Position numbers and translations under genes: made by a program
In this document: positions 1 through 10,596 of the stretch, piece by piece
How the letters are laid out: every line of letters starts with the position of its first letter
Numbering within the stretch: position 1 is the stretch's first letter
Source of the DNA: an uncultured Phenylobacterium sp.
GTDB lineage: Bacteria > Pseudomonadota > Alphaproteobacteria > Caulobacterales > Caulobacteraceae
NCBI GenBank assembly: GCA_964575195.1
Contig: CAZNPJ010000005.1
Span: 108,460 to 172,459, forward strand
Reading direction: 5' to 3'
DNA: 64,000 nt
The notes under the pieces: generated by a model
Databases searched by the model: none
Seen by the model: the letters and a program-made list of their open reading frames with translations, nothing else
What the model was told of the DNA's origin: nothing

Positions 1-474
1 ATAGGCTTCGTCCTCGCCCGCGTCCGCCCCGACGAACAGGATCTCTCCGCCGCCAAGCTTCTGCTGCAGGCCACGGGCCGGGTGCTTCACCTCCCGTCCC
101 TCAGGGTCCACATCGGTGACCTGGAACGTGGCCCAGGCCGGCTGACCCGCGAAGTCCTCGATGGGGCTCTCCTCGATGGACCCGGAGATTCGTCGGTTGT
201 CCTTGGTCAGCAGCAGATAGAGGAACGGCTTCTCGCTGGCGGCGCGCTGGATCAGCGACTGGTTGACCGCGTCGATGCCGGCGCGGTCGTAGACATCGAC
301 CAGACTACGCATCTCGCGCCGGATCTCCTGATCCGTCCGCCGCGTCGCCTCGCCGGCGGTCGCCACATAGATGTAGGCCAGGAACGCCGAGGCCGCGCTG
401 GCGAACAACGCCAGAAACAGCAACGTCAGCCGGAACGGCGTGGTCCGGAAAATGCGCGGCAGCTTGACCGCCAT
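1..474 (-). CDS. Sensor histidine kinase, N-terminal part (runs off the window start)
   Basis: Manual translation from ATG 474: MAVKLPRIFRTTPFRLTLLFLALFASAASAFLAYIY (TM helix, then periplasmic domain); directly downstream of an OmpR-family regulator. Not in the ORF track. Confidence 0.85.
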   Translation of the reverse strand, partial: MAVKLPRIFRTTPFRLTLLFLALFASAASAFLAYIYVATAGEATRRTDQEIRREMRSLVDVYDRAGIDAVNQSLIQRAASEKPFLYLLLTKDNRRISGSIEESPIEDFAGQPAWATFQVTDVDPEGREVKHPARGLQQKLGGGEILFVGADAGEDEAY

Positions 475-483
475 GTGCGGCGC

Positions 484-1155
484 TTATGCGTCGAGCCGGT
501 AGCCCGCGCCGCGCACGGTCTGCAGCATCGGCCGGTCGAAGCCCTTGTCGATCTTGGAGCGCAGGCGCGAGATGTGGACGTCGATGACGTTCGTCTGCGG
601 GTCGAAGTGGTAGTGCCAGACCTTCTCCAGCAGCATGGTGCGGGTCACCGACTGGCCGGCGTGGCGCATCATGAATTCCAGCAGTTGGAACTCGCGGGGC
701 TGCAAGTCGATGTCCTTGCCGGAGCGATGGACCGTCCGGGCGATCAGGTCCATCTCCAGCTCGCCGACCTTGAGCAGCGTCTGGACCGAGCCGGTGTCCC
801 GACGCCGGGCCAGCGCCTCGATCCGGGCGATCAGCTCGGCGAAGGCGTAGGGTTTGACCAGATAGTCGTCCGCCCCGGCCTGCAGGCCATCGACCCGGTC
901 GCCCACTTCGCCGAGGGCCGACAGGAACAGGACCGGCGTACGGTCCCCTTCCCGCCGAAGCGTCTCGACCAGCTGGACGCCGTTCATCTTGGGCATCATG
1001 CGGTCGACGATCATCACGTCGAACTCGCCGTCGCGGGCGGCGACCAGTCCCTCTTCGCCGTCGGCGCCGCGCGTGCAGGCGTGGCCGGCCTCGGTGAGGC
1101 CGCGCGCCATGGCTTCGGCCGCCTCGAGGTCGTCCTCGACGATCAGGATCCGCAT
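484..1155 (-). CDS. OmpR-family response regulator (CusR/CopR-like)
   Basis: Receiver domain (VEDD, DRMMP, KPY) plus winged helix (VIDVHISRLRSKID, TVRGAGY). Confidence 0.95.
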   Translation of the reverse strand: MRILIVEDDLEAAEAMARGLTEAGHACTRGADGEEGLVAARDGEFDVMIVDRMMPKMNGVQLVETLRREGDRTPVLFLSALGEVGDRVDGLQAGADDYLVKPYAFAELIARIEALARRRDTGSVQTLLKVGELEMDLIARTVHRSGKDIDLQPREFQLLEFMMRHAGQSVTRTMLLEKVWHYHFDPQTNVIDVHISRLRSKIDKGFDRPMLQTVRGAGYRLDA

Positions 1156-1184
1156 GTGATTCCCATCCCCATCAGGTCGGGAAA

Positions 1185-2768
1185 CTAGCCCGAAACCTTG
1201 ATCGGCAGGAAGGCGGTCCGCCCGTTGCGGTAGACGCCGATCAGCACGCTGTTGCGACCGGCCTTCTTCGCGGCGTCGACGACCGCGGCAAACTCCGCCG
1301 GCGCCGCGACAGGACGGCCGTTGACCAGGGTGATCACGTCACCACGGCGCAGCCCCTTGCTCCCGGCGTCCGAAGACTGGTCGACGCTGTCCACCAGCGC
1401 GCCACGCACCTCAGCGGGAAGGCTGAGCCGGTTACGGGCGGCGTCGTCCAGCGGGCTCAGCGACATGCCCAGCACCGGGGCGCGGGCCGCCGCACCAGCG
1501 CCCGGGACGGCACGACCGCCAGGACCAGCGCCGGAGTTGTCGTTCGCCGCGAGTTCCTTTTCGGAGGGGCGCACGCCGGACCGCACATCCACGAAGCGCT
1601 TCTTGCCGTCGCGGATCACTTCCAGGCGAAGATTTTCACCGGCCCGAACGCGCGCAACCTGCCGCGTCAGATCGGACGAACTCTTCACGGTCGCGCCGTT
1701 CACGGAGATCACGACGTCGCCCACCTGCACGCCCGCACGCTGCGAGGGGCCGCCCGGCGAGAGATCGGCGACAATGGCGCCCTTCTGGCCTTCCAGCCCT
1801 TGCGCTTCGGCCATCTCGGCGGTGAAGTTCTGGATCGTCGCGCCGATGTAGCCGCGCTCGATCTTGCCGCCGTTGATGAGTTGCTTGGTCACCGTCTCGG
1901 CCACGTCGGACGGAATGGCGAAGCCGATGCCGACCGAACCGCCGGACGGCGAGAAGATCGCCGTGTTCACACCGATGACGCGACCGTAGACGTCGAACGT
2001 CGGACCGCCCGAGTTGCCCCGGTTAATCGGCGCGTCGATCTGGATGTAGTCGACGAACGTCTCGCCGATGTCACGACCATAGGCCGAAACGATGCCGGCC
2101 GTGGCGGTGCCGCCCAGACCGAAGGGGTTGCCGACGGTGATCACCCAATCGCCGACGCGCGGCTTGCCGGCGTTTTCGAAGTTCACGAACGGGAACGGAC
2201 CGCCGCGCCCCTTCACCTTGATCACTGCAAGGTCGGTAGCCTCGTCGCGGCCCACGACCTCGGCGTCCAGCTCGGTCTCGTCCTTCAGGACGACCTTGAT
2301 GGTCTCGGCGTTCTCGACGACGTGGTTGTTGGTGACGATGTAACCGTCGGCCGAAATGAAGAAGCCGGACCCGGAAGACTGTTGAGTCGGCAGGCGCGGT
2401 TGACCGCGCTCGGTGCGACCGCCCTGGTCGCCGGCGCCGTCATCGCCATCGTCACCGCCGCCGCCGCCGCGCGGACCCGGCAGCGCAAAGGGCAGGCCGG
2501 GGATCTGTCGGAGCGCGGAGGTATCGACGCGGCTGGTCACATTGATCGACACCACGGCCGGCGAGACGCGATCGAAGATGTCGGCGAACGACATCGGCGC
2601 GCCAGGCGGCGGCGCGAAGATCGGCGTCGTCGAGGCCTTGATCAGTCCGCCGTTGGGGAGCTGCGCATGCGCGGAGGGTAGCTGCATGCCTGCGCCCGCG
2701 ACCGCCGCGGCCATGACACCGGCGCCCGCGACGGCGCCCAGGAGGTAACCGGTCTTCTTGGAAGTCAT
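1185..2768 (-). CDS. degP: Do/DegP (HtrA) periplasmic serine protease with two PDZ domains
   Basis: Signal-like N-terminus; TNNHVV (His), DLAVIK (Asp), NRGNSGGP (Ser); two PDZ regions. Confidence 0.93.
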   Translation of the reverse strand: MTSKKTGYLLGAVAGAGVMAAAVAGAGMQLPSAHAQLPNGGLIKASTTPIFAPPPGAPMSFADIFDRVSPAVVSINVTSRVDTSALRQIPGLPFALPGPRGGGGGDDGDDGAGDQGGRTERGQPRLPTQQSSGSGFFISADGYIVTNNHVVENAETIKVVLKDETELDAEVVGRDEATDLAVIKVKGRGGPFPFVNFENAGKPRVGDWVITVGNPFGLGGTATAGIVSAYGRDIGETFVDYIQIDAPINRGNSGGPTFDVYGRVIGVNTAIFSPSGGSVGIGFAIPSDVAETVTKQLINGGKIERGYIGATIQNFTAEMAEAQGLEGQKGAIVADLSPGGPSQRAGVQVGDVVISVNGATVKSSSDLTRQVARVRAGENLRLEVIRDGKKRFVDVRSGVRPSEKELAANDNSGAGPGGRAVPGAGAAARAPVLGMSLSPLDDAARNRLSLPAEVRGALVDSVDQSSDAGSKGLRRGDVITLVNGRPVAAPAEFAAVVDAAKKAGRNSVLIGVYRNGRTAFLPIKVSG

Positions 2769-2900
2769 CAGCCTTCGTTTCCCTGCGCGCTGTCCGTTGA
2801 GGAGGAGGACGCGCCCAAACTATCTAGGTGGCATGCACCGAACCGCAACGCACCTTCAACTTACGCTTATGTCACCCTAGGCGCGGCTTCACGTCCAATA

Positions 2901-3368
2901 TTAGGCGGGATCGTGGCCCGATTTCTCGCCACCAGCCAACCGACGAAGCCGTTCGGATTCCGCAGGGGTCAATTCCACCTCGGGCGTACGGTTCCGCATG
3001 CGCCCCCACAGCAGGGCGACGCCGGCGAGCACCACGAGAAATGGGGCGGCCCAAAGCACGAGGTTTCCGACTGAGAAGCGCGGAGTCAGCAGCACGAACT
3101 CGCCATATCGATCCGTGAGGAAGCGCTTGACCTCGGGCGCGCTTTTGCCGGCCTTCACCTGCTCTCGGACGATCTGGCGAAGATCGTGGGCCAGTTCGGC
3201 CTCGCTATCGTCGATGGACTCGTTCTGACAAACCAGGCAGCGGACATCGCGGAAGATCTCGCGCGCCTGCGCCTCCTGCGCCGGGTCTTGCAGCCGCTCG
3301 GCCGGATCGGACGCGGCCGCGATGCACGCTACCCCGGCCAGAGCCGCCAGGACCAGCCGCGCCTTCAC
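2901..3368 (-). CDS. ccmH: Cytochrome c biogenesis protein CcmH/CycL
   Basis: RCLVCQNESI motif, YGEFVLL, C-terminal TM; probable GTG start at 3368 overlaps the ccmF stop. Confidence 0.92.
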   Translation of the reverse strand: MKARLVLAALAGVACIAAASDPAERLQDPAQEAQAREIFRDVRCLVCQNESIDDSEAELAHDLRQIVREQVKAGKSAPEVKRFLTDRYGEFVLLTPRFSVGNLVLWAAPFLVVLAGVALLWGRMRNRTPEVELTPAESERLRRLAGGEKSGHDPA

Positions 3369-5329
3369 GCCGCCGTCTCCCGACGCCGGCCGACGCCCAG
3401 GCGCAGGCGTCTGTCGGAGAGCGAGATCAGCCCGCCCAGCGCCATGATCACCGGCCCCAGGAAGATCAGGCTGGCCCAGGGGTTCCAATAGGCGCGCACC
3501 AGGTAGGTCCCCCCGTCACGATGCTCGCCCAGCACGATGTAGATATGTGAGGCCCCGCGGTAACAGAGCCCGACTTCCGACGTCGTCTGGCCGCCCGTCG
3601 TATAGGTCCGACGCTCCGGCGCGATCGTGCAGATCGGCTGGCGGTCCCGCGTGACGGTGATCTGGCCCCGGTCGGCGTCGTAGTTCGGACCCGCAACCAG
3701 GTTCACCGCATCGAGGGTGACATGATAGGCGCCGACGTCCAGGCTGCCCCCCACGGGCAGAGCCTCGGCGGCCTCGACCTTCCAGGTGGTTTCGAACACC
3801 GCGCCCAGCACGAACACGCCCAGACCCAGATGGGCGAAGGTCATCCCCCAGGCGCCCCGCGGCAGGCCGGTGAGACGACGCCAGGTTTCGGCCGCCGGGA
3901 CACGGAAGGCGCGGGTGCGTTCGACGATCTCGGCGCAGGCCCCGGCGATCAGCCAGGCGCCCAGGGCCACGCCCAGGATGCCGAACACCTTCTTCGGCGC
4001 GGCCAGCGCCAGCGCCAGCAGGCCGGAACCCGCGGCGATCAGCAGTGCGACCCAGAGGCGCTGGACCACGCCGCGGGCGTCGCCGCGTTTCCAGGCCAGC
4101 AGCGGCCCCGCCGGCAGCAACACAAGCAGCGCCACCATCAGCGGCGTGAAGGTCAGGTTGAAGTAGGGCGGGCCTACCGAGATCGCCTCGCCAGTCATCG
4201 CCTCCCGGATCAGCGGATAGAGCGTGCCCAGCAGCACTGTCGCCGTGGAGGCGGCGAGCAGGATGTTGTTCATCACCAGCGCGCTTTCACGGCTGATGGG
4301 CGCGAACATGCCGCCCTTGGCCAACGTCGGCGCGCGCCACGCGAACAGCGTAAAGCCCAGCCCCGATGTCACCCCCAGGATGATCAGCAGCAAGACGCCA
4401 CGCGTGGGGTCCACGGCGAAGGCGTGAACCGACGTGAGCACACCCGAGCGCACCAGGAACGCGCCCAACATGGAGAAGCTGAACGCCGCCAGGGCCAGGA
4501 ACACCGTCCAGCCGGTAAGCGCGCCGCGCTTTTCGGTGACGACGGCCGAGTGCAGCAGGGCGGTGGCGATCAGCCACGGCATGAAGCTGGCGTTCTCCAC
4601 CGGGTCCCAGAACCACCAACCGCCCCAGCCCAGCTCGTAGTAGGCCCAGAAGGCGCCCAGGGTGATGCCGACCGTCAGCAGGCTCCAAGCCGCCAGGGCC
4701 CAAGGCCGCACCCAGCGTGACCAGGCCGCGTCGATCCGCCCCTCCACGAGGGCGGCCACCGCCAGGGAGAAGATCACCGACATGCCGACATAGCCCGCGT
4801 AGAGGAACGGCGGGTGGACGGCCAGGGCCGGGTCCTGAAGCAGGGGGTTGAGCGATCGCCCCTCGGCCGGCGGGGTCAGAAGCCGCGCAAGCGGGTTGGA
4901 CGCGAAGACGGTGTAGGCCAGGAACACGGTCCCCAGCAGGCCCTGCGTCGCCACCGTCATGGCCCGCAGCCCTCGCGGCAGGTCGCGGCCCAGACCGGCG
5001 ACCGCGGCGCCAAAGCCCGTCAGCGCCAGGCACCACAGCAGCATGGAGCCCTCGTGGCTGCCCCAGGTTCCGGCGACGCGATAGAGCAGCGGCTTCGCCG
5101 AGTGGGAGTTCTGGGCGACGTTCGCCACCGAGAAATCCGAGACGACGAAGGCGTGCATCAGGGCGGCGAACGCGACCGCCACGGACAGGAACGCCCCCAA
5201 GGCCGCGCCCTCGCCCGCCCCGGCCAGCGGACCGGACCGTCGGACCCGCCCGGCAAGGGACAGGACGACCTGGCCGACGGAAAGCGCCAGCGCCAGGGTC
5301 AGCGCAAAGGCGCCGGCTTCAGCGATCAT
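3365..5329 (-). CDS. ccmF: Heme lyase CcmF
   Basis: WGGWWFWDPVENASFMPW motif, HPPFLY, many TM helices. Confidence 0.97.
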   Translation of the reverse strand: MIAEAGAFALTLALALSVGQVVLSLAGRVRRSGPLAGAGEGAALGAFLSVAVAFAALMHAFVVSDFSVANVAQNSHSAKPLLYRVAGTWGSHEGSMLLWCLALTGFGAAVAGLGRDLPRGLRAMTVATQGLLGTVFLAYTVFASNPLARLLTPPAEGRSLNPLLQDPALAVHPPFLYAGYVGMSVIFSLAVAALVEGRIDAAWSRWVRPWALAAWSLLTVGITLGAFWAYYELGWGGWWFWDPVENASFMPWLIATALLHSAVVTEKRGALTGWTVFLALAAFSFSMLGAFLVRSGVLTSVHAFAVDPTRGVLLLIILGVTSGLGFTLFAWRAPTLAKGGMFAPISRESALVMNNILLAASTATVLLGTLYPLIREAMTGEAISVGPPYFNLTFTPLMVALLVLLPAGPLLAWKRGDARGVVQRLWVALLIAAGSGLLALALAAPKKVFGILGVALGAWLIAGACAEIVERTRAFRVPAAETWRRLTGLPRGAWGMTFAHLGLGVFVLGAVFETTWKVEAAEALPVGGSLDVGAYHVTLDAVNLVAGPNYDADRGQITVTRDRQPICTIAPERRTYTTGGQTTSEVGLCYRGASHIYIVLGEHRDGGTYLVRAYWNPWASLIFLGPVIMALGGLISLSDRRLRLGVGRRRETAA

Positions 5330-5835
5330 GTGCCGCTCTGCGCCTTCCCATAGGACTTTGCGTCATAGGTCGCCGGCGGGGCCCCATCGCCGCGCCACTC
5401 GCCCTGTTCCTTCAGCGCGTCGGCGACCTCCTTGGGCATGTAGGTCTCGTCGTGCTTGGCCAGCACGCGCTTGGCTTCAAAGACGCCGTCCGCGCGGTAC
5501 GAGCCTTCCGCGACGATGCCCTGACCTTCGCGGAACAGATCCGGCAGGTCGCCTTGATAGTGGACGCGATCGGCGGAGACCTTGTCCTGCACGGTGAATT
5601 CGACGCGACCGTCGGGATGCTTCACCACCGAACCCGCCGTCACCAGCCCGCCCAGTTGAATAGCGCGACCGGGCGCCGGGTTGGCGGCGGCGGCCTGGGA
5701 GGGCGTGTAGAAGAGCGAGATCGAGTCCCGCATCCCCCAAAGGGTCAGGCCGACGGCGACGGCGACCACAGGGGCGATCACCGACAGCAGCAACAGGCGC
5801 GTGCGCGCCTTGCGGGACTTGGGCAGGAAACTCAT
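5326..5835 (-). CDS. ccmE: Heme chaperone CcmE
   Basis: LPDLFREGQG and LAKHDETYMP (heme-binding H-x-x-x-Y) motifs. Confidence 0.96.
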   Translation of the reverse strand: MSFLPKSRKARTRLLLLSVIAPVVAVAVGLTLWGMRDSISLFYTPSQAAAANPAPGRAIQLGGLVTAGSVVKHPDGRVEFTVQDKVSADRVHYQGDLPDLFREGQGIVAEGSYRADGVFEAKRVLAKHDETYMPKEVADALKEQGEWRGDGAPPATYDAKSYGKAQSGT

Positions 5836-6914
5836 CGCATCGGCTCCGCGCGGGCGGCCTCATCCAACTGTTGCGTCACCTGCGGCTGCTGGGCGTAGCG
5901 GGCCCGGGCGGCGGCATAGGCGGCGTCTCGTTTCGCAGTATCGCCCAGCACCGCGTAGGCGCGAACCAGCTTCACCCATCCCTCGGCGTCGTCGGGGTTG
6001 GCCTCGAGCTTGGCGGCCAGACCGGACACCATGCCCTGGATCATGGTCAGCTGCTGGGGATCGACAGTCGTCGGCGCGGCCTTGCCATCCAGCTTGGCGA
6101 TGGCGGCCTGGACGGCGGCGCGGCGGTCGGTCTCCTCGGCGGGCAGGTCCTCCAGCAGGGCCGTGAGATCCCCCTTGGCCTCGGCGGTGCGCCCCGCGTC
6201 GCCCTTGGCCTCGGCCAGGAAGAAGCGCGCGGTCGGATTGGCGGGGTCTAGCGCCAGCAGGCGCCCGAACGCGGCCTGGGCGTCGGCGTCCACCTTGCCC
6301 TGCGCTTCATAGACCTCGGCCTCGCCCAACATCTGCCAGATGTCCGCGCGCTGCGGCGCCAGGGCCGCGGCGCGGCGTAGCGCGCTGACGGCGGCGACCG
6401 GGTTCTGCGAGGCGCCCTCGGCCAGGCCCAGCAGGCGGAAGCCCTCGGCCTCATTTGGCCGCTCCGCCGTCGCCTGGCGCAACACCGCCGCGATCTCAGG
6501 GGCGCTCAGCGAGGCGAGGTCAGCCGAACGCCAGGCCTCGAGCCGGCGGGCGAAAGGCTGGTCGCCAAGCCCGGGCGAGCCGATGCTCAGATAGAGGCCC
6601 AAGGCCGCCGCCGGCGCCGCTACGACAGCCAGCAGCACCAGCCGACGCGCCTTGGGATCGGCGGACCAGACCTGCGTGGGCGCATCGGCGGCCGCGAGCA
6701 GGCGGCGCGCCGCCTCGGCATGGGCGGCCTTCCGCTCGGCCTCGCCCATCAGGCCGCGCTCGGCCAGATCGTCGATCTCGGACAGTTGTCGGCGGTAGAG
6801 GACAGGGGATGGGTCCGCGGCCTGGACTTGAGCGGCGGCGCCGGCGGCGCGAAACAGGATCAGACCCGCAACGGCAGCGGTTAGGACGCCAACGACAGCC
6901 CAGAACACCAACAT
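5832..6914 (-). CDS. ccmI: Cytochrome c biogenesis protein CcmI/CycH
   Basis: N-terminal TM, YRRQLSEID motif, TPR-like helices; first gene of the ccmI-E-F-H operon. Confidence 0.9.
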   Translation of the reverse strand: MLVFWAVVGVLTAAVAGLILFRAAGAAAQVQAADPSPVLYRRQLSEIDDLAERGLMGEAERKAAHAEAARRLLAAADAPTQVWSADPKARRLVLLAVVAAPAAALGLYLSIGSPGLGDQPFARRLEAWRSADLASLSAPEIAAVLRQATAERPNEAEGFRLLGLAEGASQNPVAAVSALRRAAALAPQRADIWQMLGEAEVYEAQGKVDADAQAAFGRLLALDPANPTARFFLAEAKGDAGRTAEAKGDLTALLEDLPAEETDRRAAVQAAIAKLDGKAAPTTVDPQQLTMIQGMVSGLAAKLEANPDDAEGWVKLVRAYAVLGDTAKRDAAYAAARARYAQQPQVTQQLDEAARAEPMR

Positions 6915-6958
6915 ACTGCGCGTTTAGCTTAAAGCCGGGCCGTGCGCGAGTGAGACTC

Positions 6959-8332
6959 TCAGTCTTCGCCGTGCTGGGACTGGTCGGGGTGCAGGGCGGT
7001 GTGCGCCCTGCGGCGCACCAGGTCCCCGGCCTTGTCGCCCCGGATGAGCTGATTGAAGTGAGCGGCGTGCTCCAGGAAGGCCGCAGCGATCTGTGGATCC
7101 TCGACGTCACCGGCGCGGATCATGTCGATTGTGTCGCCGACGTAGTTGTCGACGTACTCTCCCACGTTCTCGACCATCTTGTTGCGAGCGGCGGAAAAGC
7201 CGCCGTAGTTCGCCGCGCTGCGCAGCTCGTCGGAGAACGACAGCAACGTGAGCGCGCTGGACACCAGCCGTTCGTCCGGCCCGACATCCAGCTTCGGGAG
7301 CTGGCGGCGGACCCGTTGATTCCGCGGCGCGAACATTGGCAACGCCTCCAGCGCAAGCTTTTCGGCGTCTCGCAAGCGCGCTTCCACGACTCCGGCGAGG
7401 CTCATCCGCTGCTTGTGGACGCGCTTGCCCCAGCCATAGTCGCGATTGAGATCGACGCAGGTCTCGATCTCCATGATCTGCTGCACGATCAGTTCCGCCT
7501 GCTTCGCCGCCACCCGGCCGCCAGCGGGGCCGGCATCGCCCGTAAGGCCCCCGATCTCGCCCAAGGCCACGTCGATATCGGCCAGCACGCCCTCGCCGAA
7601 CGCCGCCATCTCTGAATCGGCCAGATAGCCCTCGGTCGGCTTGTCCATCACCGCCGATATGATCCGCATCACCATCCAGCGATGGGCCATCTGGGCGGCC
7701 AGCATCTCGAAAAAGCGGGGGCCGGCGTCCTCGGCGATCGTGGTCGCGTCGCGATAGGCCAGTCGGGCCGCGGCCGAGGTCTCGCCCCCCGGATGAGCCA
7801 GCCACTCGGGCAGGCGCGCGGTCGCTCGTCGCACCACCGGCGCGATATCCAGGCAGGCCGCCAGTTGCTCGGCTCCGCCAGGACGCGCCTGGTCGCAAGC
7901 CTCGGCCGCCATGCGAAACTCCGGCGACTGGCGCTCGCGAAGGCCTTGGGCGGCAGCGCCCGTGACAATGTCCTGCGCCGCGTTGACGCGATGCACCGGG
8001 GTGTCGTTGTCGGCAGCTTCGCGGACGAGCGCGATGGCGTCGATCTCAAGGTTGCGCACGCCGCGCCAGATCAGCCCCAGCACGCGACCTGGGAACGTCA
8101 GGCGATGGACGTCGTCCCCCGCCCCGACGCACATGACCGCGATCGGCTGCAGGATGCTGTTGCGGAGATGGCGGTCGAAAACCTCGACCTCGACCAGGCG
8201 CTTCACACCGCCCAGGGCGCTGTTGTCCGACGTCTCCGCCAGGGCCTGGCGCAGACTGCCGACCACGCGGTCAGGCGCCGACTCGACCAGCGTACGCACG
8301 ATGGCGATTTTGCGCTCGGAAAGCGCCGACAT
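6959..8332 (-). CDS. Hypothetical helical protein
   Basis: 457-aa ORF with host-like codon usage that fills the gap between operons; no motif recognised. Confidence 0.7.
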   Translation of the reverse strand: MSALSERKIAIVRTLVESAPDRVVGSLRQALAETSDNSALGGVKRLVEVEVFDRHLRNSILQPIAVMCVGAGDDVHRLTFPGRVLGLIWRGVRNLEIDAIALVREAADNDTPVHRVNAAQDIVTGAAAQGLRERQSPEFRMAAEACDQARPGGAEQLAACLDIAPVVRRATARLPEWLAHPGGETSAAARLAYRDATTIAEDAGPRFFEMLAAQMAHRWMVMRIISAVMDKPTEGYLADSEMAAFGEGVLADIDVALGEIGGLTGDAGPAGGRVAAKQAELIVQQIMEIETCVDLNRDYGWGKRVHKQRMSLAGVVEARLRDAEKLALEALPMFAPRNQRVRRQLPKLDVGPDERLVSSALTLLSFSDELRSAANYGGFSAARNKMVENVGEYVDNYVGDTIDMIRAGDVEDPQIAAAFLEHAAHFNQLIRGDKAGDLVRRRAHTALHPDQSQHGED

Positions 8333-8412
8333 GAGCCTCTCTGCTCCGGCACAACGCCGTCAGGGCCGGAACATGCCTTCCTCCGGATTAAGACTTTACC
8401 AAGTCTGAGCTT

Positions 8413-9804
8413 TCAGGCCTCGGCGCGGGGCAGATCGACGGCGACCAATAGGCCCCCGAGCGATGAGTCGCCCAGTGTCAGCCCGCCGCGGTAGGCGCGC
8501 GCCAGCTCATCGACGATCGACAGGCCAAGGCCCGAGCCCGGCGCCGACTCGTCCAGCCGCGCACCTCGCCGGATCACTTCGTCGCGGCGGTCGGGCGGCA
8601 GGCCAGGCCCATCATCCTCCACCGTCAGGCGAAACCGCTCCGGACCCGAGGCGACGGCGCGCACTCGCACCTTGCGGCGGCCGAACTTGCCGGCGTTCTC
8701 CATGGCGTTGCCGGCGATTTCCATGAAGTCCTGCCGCTCGCCCAAAAAGACGAGGTCGTCGTTCGCGTCCCAGTCGATCTCGACGCCTTTGTCGCGGAAG
8801 ATTCGTTCCAGGGTGCGCGCCAGTTCGTCCAGCACCTCGGCGACGGATGTCCGCTCGCCCTGCCCCTGGCTACGCGCCGCCGCCCGCGCGCGCCGCAGGT
8901 GGTGATCGACCTGCTGGCGCATGACGTCGGCTTGACGCGTCACAACGTCCGCCAGCGGGCCGGGCCGCTGGTTGGCCTCGGTGATCATTACCGAGATCGG
9001 CGTTTTCAGGGCATGCGCCAGGTTGCCGACATGGGTGCGCTGGCGCTCCACAGTCTCCTGGTTGTGCGCCACCAGGGCGTTTAGCTCGTCGGTCAGCGGA
9101 CGCAGTTCCGAGGGGTAGTCCGCGTTCAGCCGATCCGCCTTGCCCCGTCGGACGTTCGCGACCTCGTGGCGCAGACCGCGCAGCGGCTGCAGACCCACGC
9201 GCACCTGCACGATCACCGCGGCGATCAGCCCCACGCCGAGCAGGGCGAAGGCGACGGCCGTGGTGGTGAAGAAGTTCCGGACTTCGCGGTCGATCGGACG
9301 CCGGTCCTCGGCGGCGATGAACACCAGGGGCGCGTCGCGGCCCGGCAGGCTGGTCCAGCGCGCCACCACCCGCAGCCGCTCCCCCGCCTGGACCCCGGGC
9401 GCGTCGAACGCGATGGGCCGGCGCGGATTGGCCTTCAGGCGCTTCGGCAGATCGGCCGGGATCTTCAGAGACGAATCCCAGAGCGAGCGCGAAGGCACCA
9501 GACTCCTGACCCCGCCCCCCTTAGCCGGCTCGGCGATGTCCCAATATCGGCCGGAGTAGGCGCGCAGCGCGCGTTGATCGGTCAGGGCCGGAGCCACGAC
9601 CTCTCCCGCTTCGATGGTCGAGCCGGAGATCAGGTTGTCGATCAGGTCGGACAGGCCCGCGTCGAACCGGCGAAGCGCCGCCTGTTGGAACAGCAGCGCC
9701 AGCACGACAGCGGCGATCACCAGCGCCGCGAAGCTCCAGCCGACGGCCAGGATGGTGAGCCGTCGGGCCAGCGAAGGCCGCGCCAGGCCGGCGGGCAGCT
9801 TCAC
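8413..9804 (-). CDS. Membrane sensor histidine kinase (QseC/PhoQ/FeuQ-like)
   Basis: Two TMs, HAMP, LAHALKTP H-box, NAGKF N-box, DDGPG and GSGLGLSIV boxes. Confidence 0.93.
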   Translation of the reverse strand: MKLPAGLARPSLARRLTILAVGWSFAALVIAAVVLALLFQQAALRRFDAGLSDLIDNLISGSTIEAGEVVAPALTDQRALRAYSGRYWDIAEPAKGGGVRSLVPSRSLWDSSLKIPADLPKRLKANPRRPIAFDAPGVQAGERLRVVARWTSLPGRDAPLVFIAAEDRRPIDREVRNFFTTTAVAFALLGVGLIAAVIVQVRVGLQPLRGLRHEVANVRRGKADRLNADYPSELRPLTDELNALVAHNQETVERQRTHVGNLAHALKTPISVMITEANQRPGPLADVVTRQADVMRQQVDHHLRRARAAARSQGQGERTSVAEVLDELARTLERIFRDKGVEIDWDANDDLVFLGERQDFMEIAGNAMENAGKFGRRKVRVRAVASGPERFRLTVEDDGPGLPPDRRDEVIRRGARLDESAPGSGLGLSIVDELARAYRGGLTLGDSSLGGLLVAVDLPRAEA

Positions 9805-9873
9805 GCGGCGCGCGCCATCGACTGGCGAAGGCTCCAGGTCGCCGCCTGGGGCGGGCGCCGATCCGCGGTCATC

Positions 9874-10563
9874 CTAGGACGCCGCCTCGCTGTCGACCTC
9901 GTCGGCGGGGCAGATCAGGCGGTAGCCCAGGCCACGCACGGTCTCGATCCGGTCCGAGCCAATCTTCTTGCGCACGCGACCGATGAAGACCTCGATGGTG
10001 TTGCTGTCGCGGTCAAAATCCTGGTCGTAGAGATGTTCGACCAGCTCGGTGCGGCTGATGACCCGGCCCTGGTGCATCATCAGATAGTGCAGCAGGCGGT
10101 ACTCCAGCGAGGTCAGCCGCAGCGGTTCGCCGTTGACGCTGGCGCGGGCGGCGCGGGGATCCAGCCGCAAACCGCCGCAGGCGAGGCTCGGGCTGGCGTG
10201 GCCAGCGGTGCGACGCAGCAGCGCGCGCAGGCGGGCCAGCAGTTCCTCGGTGTGGAATGGCTTGGTCAGATAGTCGTCGGCGCCGGCGTCGAACCCGGCC
10301 ACCTTCTCACTCCAGGCGCCACGGGCGGTCAGGATCAACACGGGGCTGGCCATGTTCTCGCGCCGCCAGCGCTCCAGCACCGACACGCCGTCCACCTTGG
10401 GCAGGCCCAGGTCCAGGATCACCGCATCGTAGGGCTCGGTCTCGCCCAGGAACTGAGCTTCCTCGCCGTCCGGGGCATGATCGACCGCATAGCCGGCGTC
10501 GGCCAGAGCCAGCTTCAGCTGCCGCGACAGATCGGGATCGTCTTCAACAAGCAGGATGCGCAC
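9874..10563 (-). CDS. OmpR-family response regulator (FeuP/PhoP-like)
   Basis: VEDD, DLGLP, KPF; SNTIEVFIGRVRKK helix; TVRGLGY. Confidence 0.95.
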   Translation of the reverse strand: MRILLVEDDPDLSRQLKLALADAGYAVDHAPDGEEAQFLGETEPYDAVILDLGLPKVDGVSVLERWRRENMASPVLILTARGAWSEKVAGFDAGADDYLTKPFHTEELLARLRALLRRTAGHASPSLACGGLRLDPRAARASVNGEPLRLTSLEYRLLHYLMMHQGRVISRTELVEHLYDQDFDRDSNTIEVFIGRVRKKIGSDRIETVRGLGYRLICPADEVDSEAAS

Positions 10564-10596
10564 GTCGCGTCCTTTCGTTCTGAGGATTCAAGAAAC

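Noticed and set aside
82-1188. Long antisense and alternate-frame ORFs in the track (also 9166-10947, 12560-14467, 21635-22978, 25503-27467, 31673-33325, 36650-37975, 60589-61971)
   Set aside because: They shadow well-supported genes on the opposite strand, as expected in high-GC DNA, and carry no motifs.
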